Positions 61,850 through 64,000 of a stretch of 64,000 nucleotides of DNA are shown in pieces. Each line of letters opens with the position of its first letter. The stretch's first letter is position 1. The position numbers and the translations under genes were made by a program. The stretch comes from Sminthopsis crassicaudata (Eukaryota): NCBI RefSeq assembly GCF_048593235.1, contig NC_133621.1:299345146-299409145 (forward strand). The letters run 5' to 3'. The notes under the pieces are model-generated. The model searched no databases. It saw nothing but the letters and a program-made list of their open reading frames with translations, and was not told the origin of the DNA.

Positions 61850-61980
61850 GTCAGCTGGGTGGTGCAGTGGTCAGAGCATCAGCCCTGAATTCAGGAGGCC
61901 CGAGTTCAAATCTGGCCCCAGACACTTAACTGTGTGACCCTGGGCAAGTCACTTAACCCCAATCACCTCAGCAAAAAAAA
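61850..61980 (+). mobile_element. WSINE1-like SINE
   Basis: Head, core and A tail. Confidence 0.85.
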
Positions 61981-62289
61981 TATTCATCTAGTGCCATCTC
62001 CTTATTTTACAGATGGGGAAACTGACTTTCAGAAGGGGAAAGAGACTTGTCCAAGATGACGCAGGTAAGGGTCTGGAGCCGGCGGAGATCTCAGAGGCAG
62101 GCGGTCTTCATGGTGCAGATAGGGAAACTGAGGCTTGTAGTAAACAGCCAGCTGGCCCTGGCTCTCACTGGTGCAGAAGCTCCCATTTCCGGTGGGTTCT
62201 AAGCCCCCCAGCCGGGGGCCTTTCTCTAGGGGCAGGTATGGGATAGGGCTGAACTGCAGAGGATGTTCCTGAAGCCAGGAGAATCTCCG

Positions 62290-64000
62290 GAGCTTGACTC
62301 CCGGGTCTCGGGATTGCTCGGGGTCGGGGAGCAGGGCAGGACATGCGGCGGGTTCGGTCCCTGGGCCTGGCTCACCTGGCTGGGTCTAACGGGCTTGGGG
62401 GAGGGGTATTGGGGGAGGGGCATTCCGGGGAGGGGTATCCCGGGGAGGGGCTCCTTCTGGGAAGGGGCTCTGGCCCAGAGTGAGCCGGGCTGCCGGCGCG
62501 GGGAGGCGGTCTGGGCTGTGGGAGCCCGGGAGATGTCTATCTGCAGTAGCCCCGGGGGATCCCCTGAGCACGTGCGCTGGGGGCTTCTGGGGCCGCCCTA
62601 GAACGCCGCGGGGGGGGGGATGCCGGAGGGGGAATCCCTTTGGGCGTACGGGGGTCCGGAGGGTGGGAGGAGGGAGGAAGGGAGGCGGGGGGCGGGCGCC
62701 TCCTCCCCCCACATCCCGGACCGCCCTGGCCCGTCTAAGGAGCCGAGCGGGGCAGGGCGAGTGAGTAAGCGCCGGGCGGGCGGGCCGGGCGGGGCGGGGC
62801 GGGGCGGGGCAGGCTGGACAGGTCTGAGCAGGGCCGGGGGGAGGGGCGGGAGGAGGAGGGAGGGGAGGAGCAGCCCGAGCCCAGCCCGCAGCGCAGCCGC
62901 CGGAGCCGGGGTCCCGCGGGGCGCAGCCGGAGGACGAGCAGGGGCGGCGGCGGCGGCGGGGGGACCATGGCGGGGCCCCGGGGCGCGCTGCTGGCCTGGT
63001 GCCGCAGCCAGTGCCGGGGCTACCCCGGTGTGGAGATCCGGGACCTGAGCGGCTCCTTCCGGGACGGCCTGGCCTTCTGCGCCCTCCTGCACAGCCACCG
63101 GCCCGAGCTGCTGTGAGTGCCAGGGGGAGGGGGAGGGGCAGGGAGGAGGGAGGGGCAGCGGAGGGAGGAGGGGGATCGGGGTGGGAGATGGGCGCTGCGG
63201 ACCCGCGGGGACGGGAGGGGGAGGGGCGCCGACCCCGAGACCCCGCCAGCCCGACACAGGAAGTGGGGGAGCCCGGAGCAGAGATCTGTCAGAGAGTCTG
63301 GGGCGGGTCCGAGCTCCCGGCCCGAGGGGCCCCGCCCCGCCTGGGACGGCTCTGACCGCGAGCGGGGCTCCCCCGGCCGGGGGTCTTTCCCCGGCCTCTG
63401 GGCTGCGGGGCCCTGAGCTGTGTGAGCGGGGCTGCAAGTTTGTGTTGGAGCGTGGGGGTGAGTGTGAGTGTGCCTGTAGTCAGTGCGAGTGGGCAGCGCC
63501 AGCCAGGAGTGTGGCCCGGGGAGCGGGAGGGAGGGGGAGCCTCCGAGCCCCCAGCCCCGCTCCGCCTCAGGCGCTCCTCCCCCCCCCCCTGCCCAGAGGT
63601 CACCGCTCAGGCCGGCTCGCGGGCAGATCCCTGGCCGGCTCCCAGATCCCCAGCCCTGGGGGGCTTCAGAGACTGCCCCCCCATCTGCAGATGAGAACCT
63701 GGGCCCGGCTCCAGGGGGGCCTCTTGTGGGCTTCTGAAAATCTGCCCTTTTCTGCCTTTCTTGTCTCTTGTTAACTGCTTCCGCAGTCTCCGGTTTGGCC
63801 CCAGGCTGCTCTTGGCCCCGGGAGTTTCAGACTTGGAGTGGGGGGGGGCAGCGTGTTTCAGAGGGGGAAACTGAGGCTGAGGAGCCACAATGGCCGGTGG
63901 GAGCCAGCGGCACCTCCCCGGCCTCCAAGGCCCTCCCAGTCCTGTTGCCTGGGGGGCGAGTTCCCCTCCCCTGCCCCGGCCTGGGCGAGGCGGCCCCGGG
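62290..64000. promoter_or_regulatory. MICALL1 CpG island with a (GGGGC)n GC-box / G-quadruplex-capable run
   Basis: Very high GC and CpG; GGGGC repeats at ~62785-62810. Confidence 0.8.
62967..63112 (+). CDS. MICALL1: MICALL1 coding exon 1 (start of calponin-homology domain): [48 protein letters not shown]
   Basis: ACCATGG Kozak; gtgagt donor; matches recalled human N-terminus; synteny after EIF3L. Confidence 0.94.

Noticed and set aside
62260-63890. Many long Pro/Gly/Ala ORFs around MICALL1; likewise 14000-15160 and 30540-31700
   Set aside because: Stop-codon depletion in CpG islands; only the identified exons match known proteins

Overview
Mammalian genomic DNA, most likely a dasyurid marsupial (young WSINE1-type CORE-SINEs, marsupial L1 3' ends, RTE and Mar1-like fragments; four N gaps). 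The window is syntenic with human 22q13.1. It holds the complete ANKRD54 CDS (minus strand, 8 coding exons, 294 aa), the complete EIF3L CDS (plus strand, 13 exons, 564 aa) and the first coding exon of MICALL1. All splice junctions I traced are GT-AG and keep frame. The main unexpected element lies between the ANKRD54 and EIF3L promoters: an intact 531-codon retroviral gag ORF (24630-26225, minus). It has a myristoylation signal, matrix, a proline-rich 33-bp tandem repeat with a PSAP motif, a capsid MHR and one CCHC knuckle. I found no pro/pol/env and no paired LTRs. Candidate splice sites point back to a ZNF143-motif cluster divergent from the EIF3L promoter, so it is a candidate domesticated gag gene. 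Also notable: a ~225-bp, ~88% identical inverted repeat bracketing EIF3L exon 8, a seven-CCAAT ANKRD54 promoter, and a pre-miRNA-like hairpin. All family assignments are from memory and alignment by eye; no searches were run.
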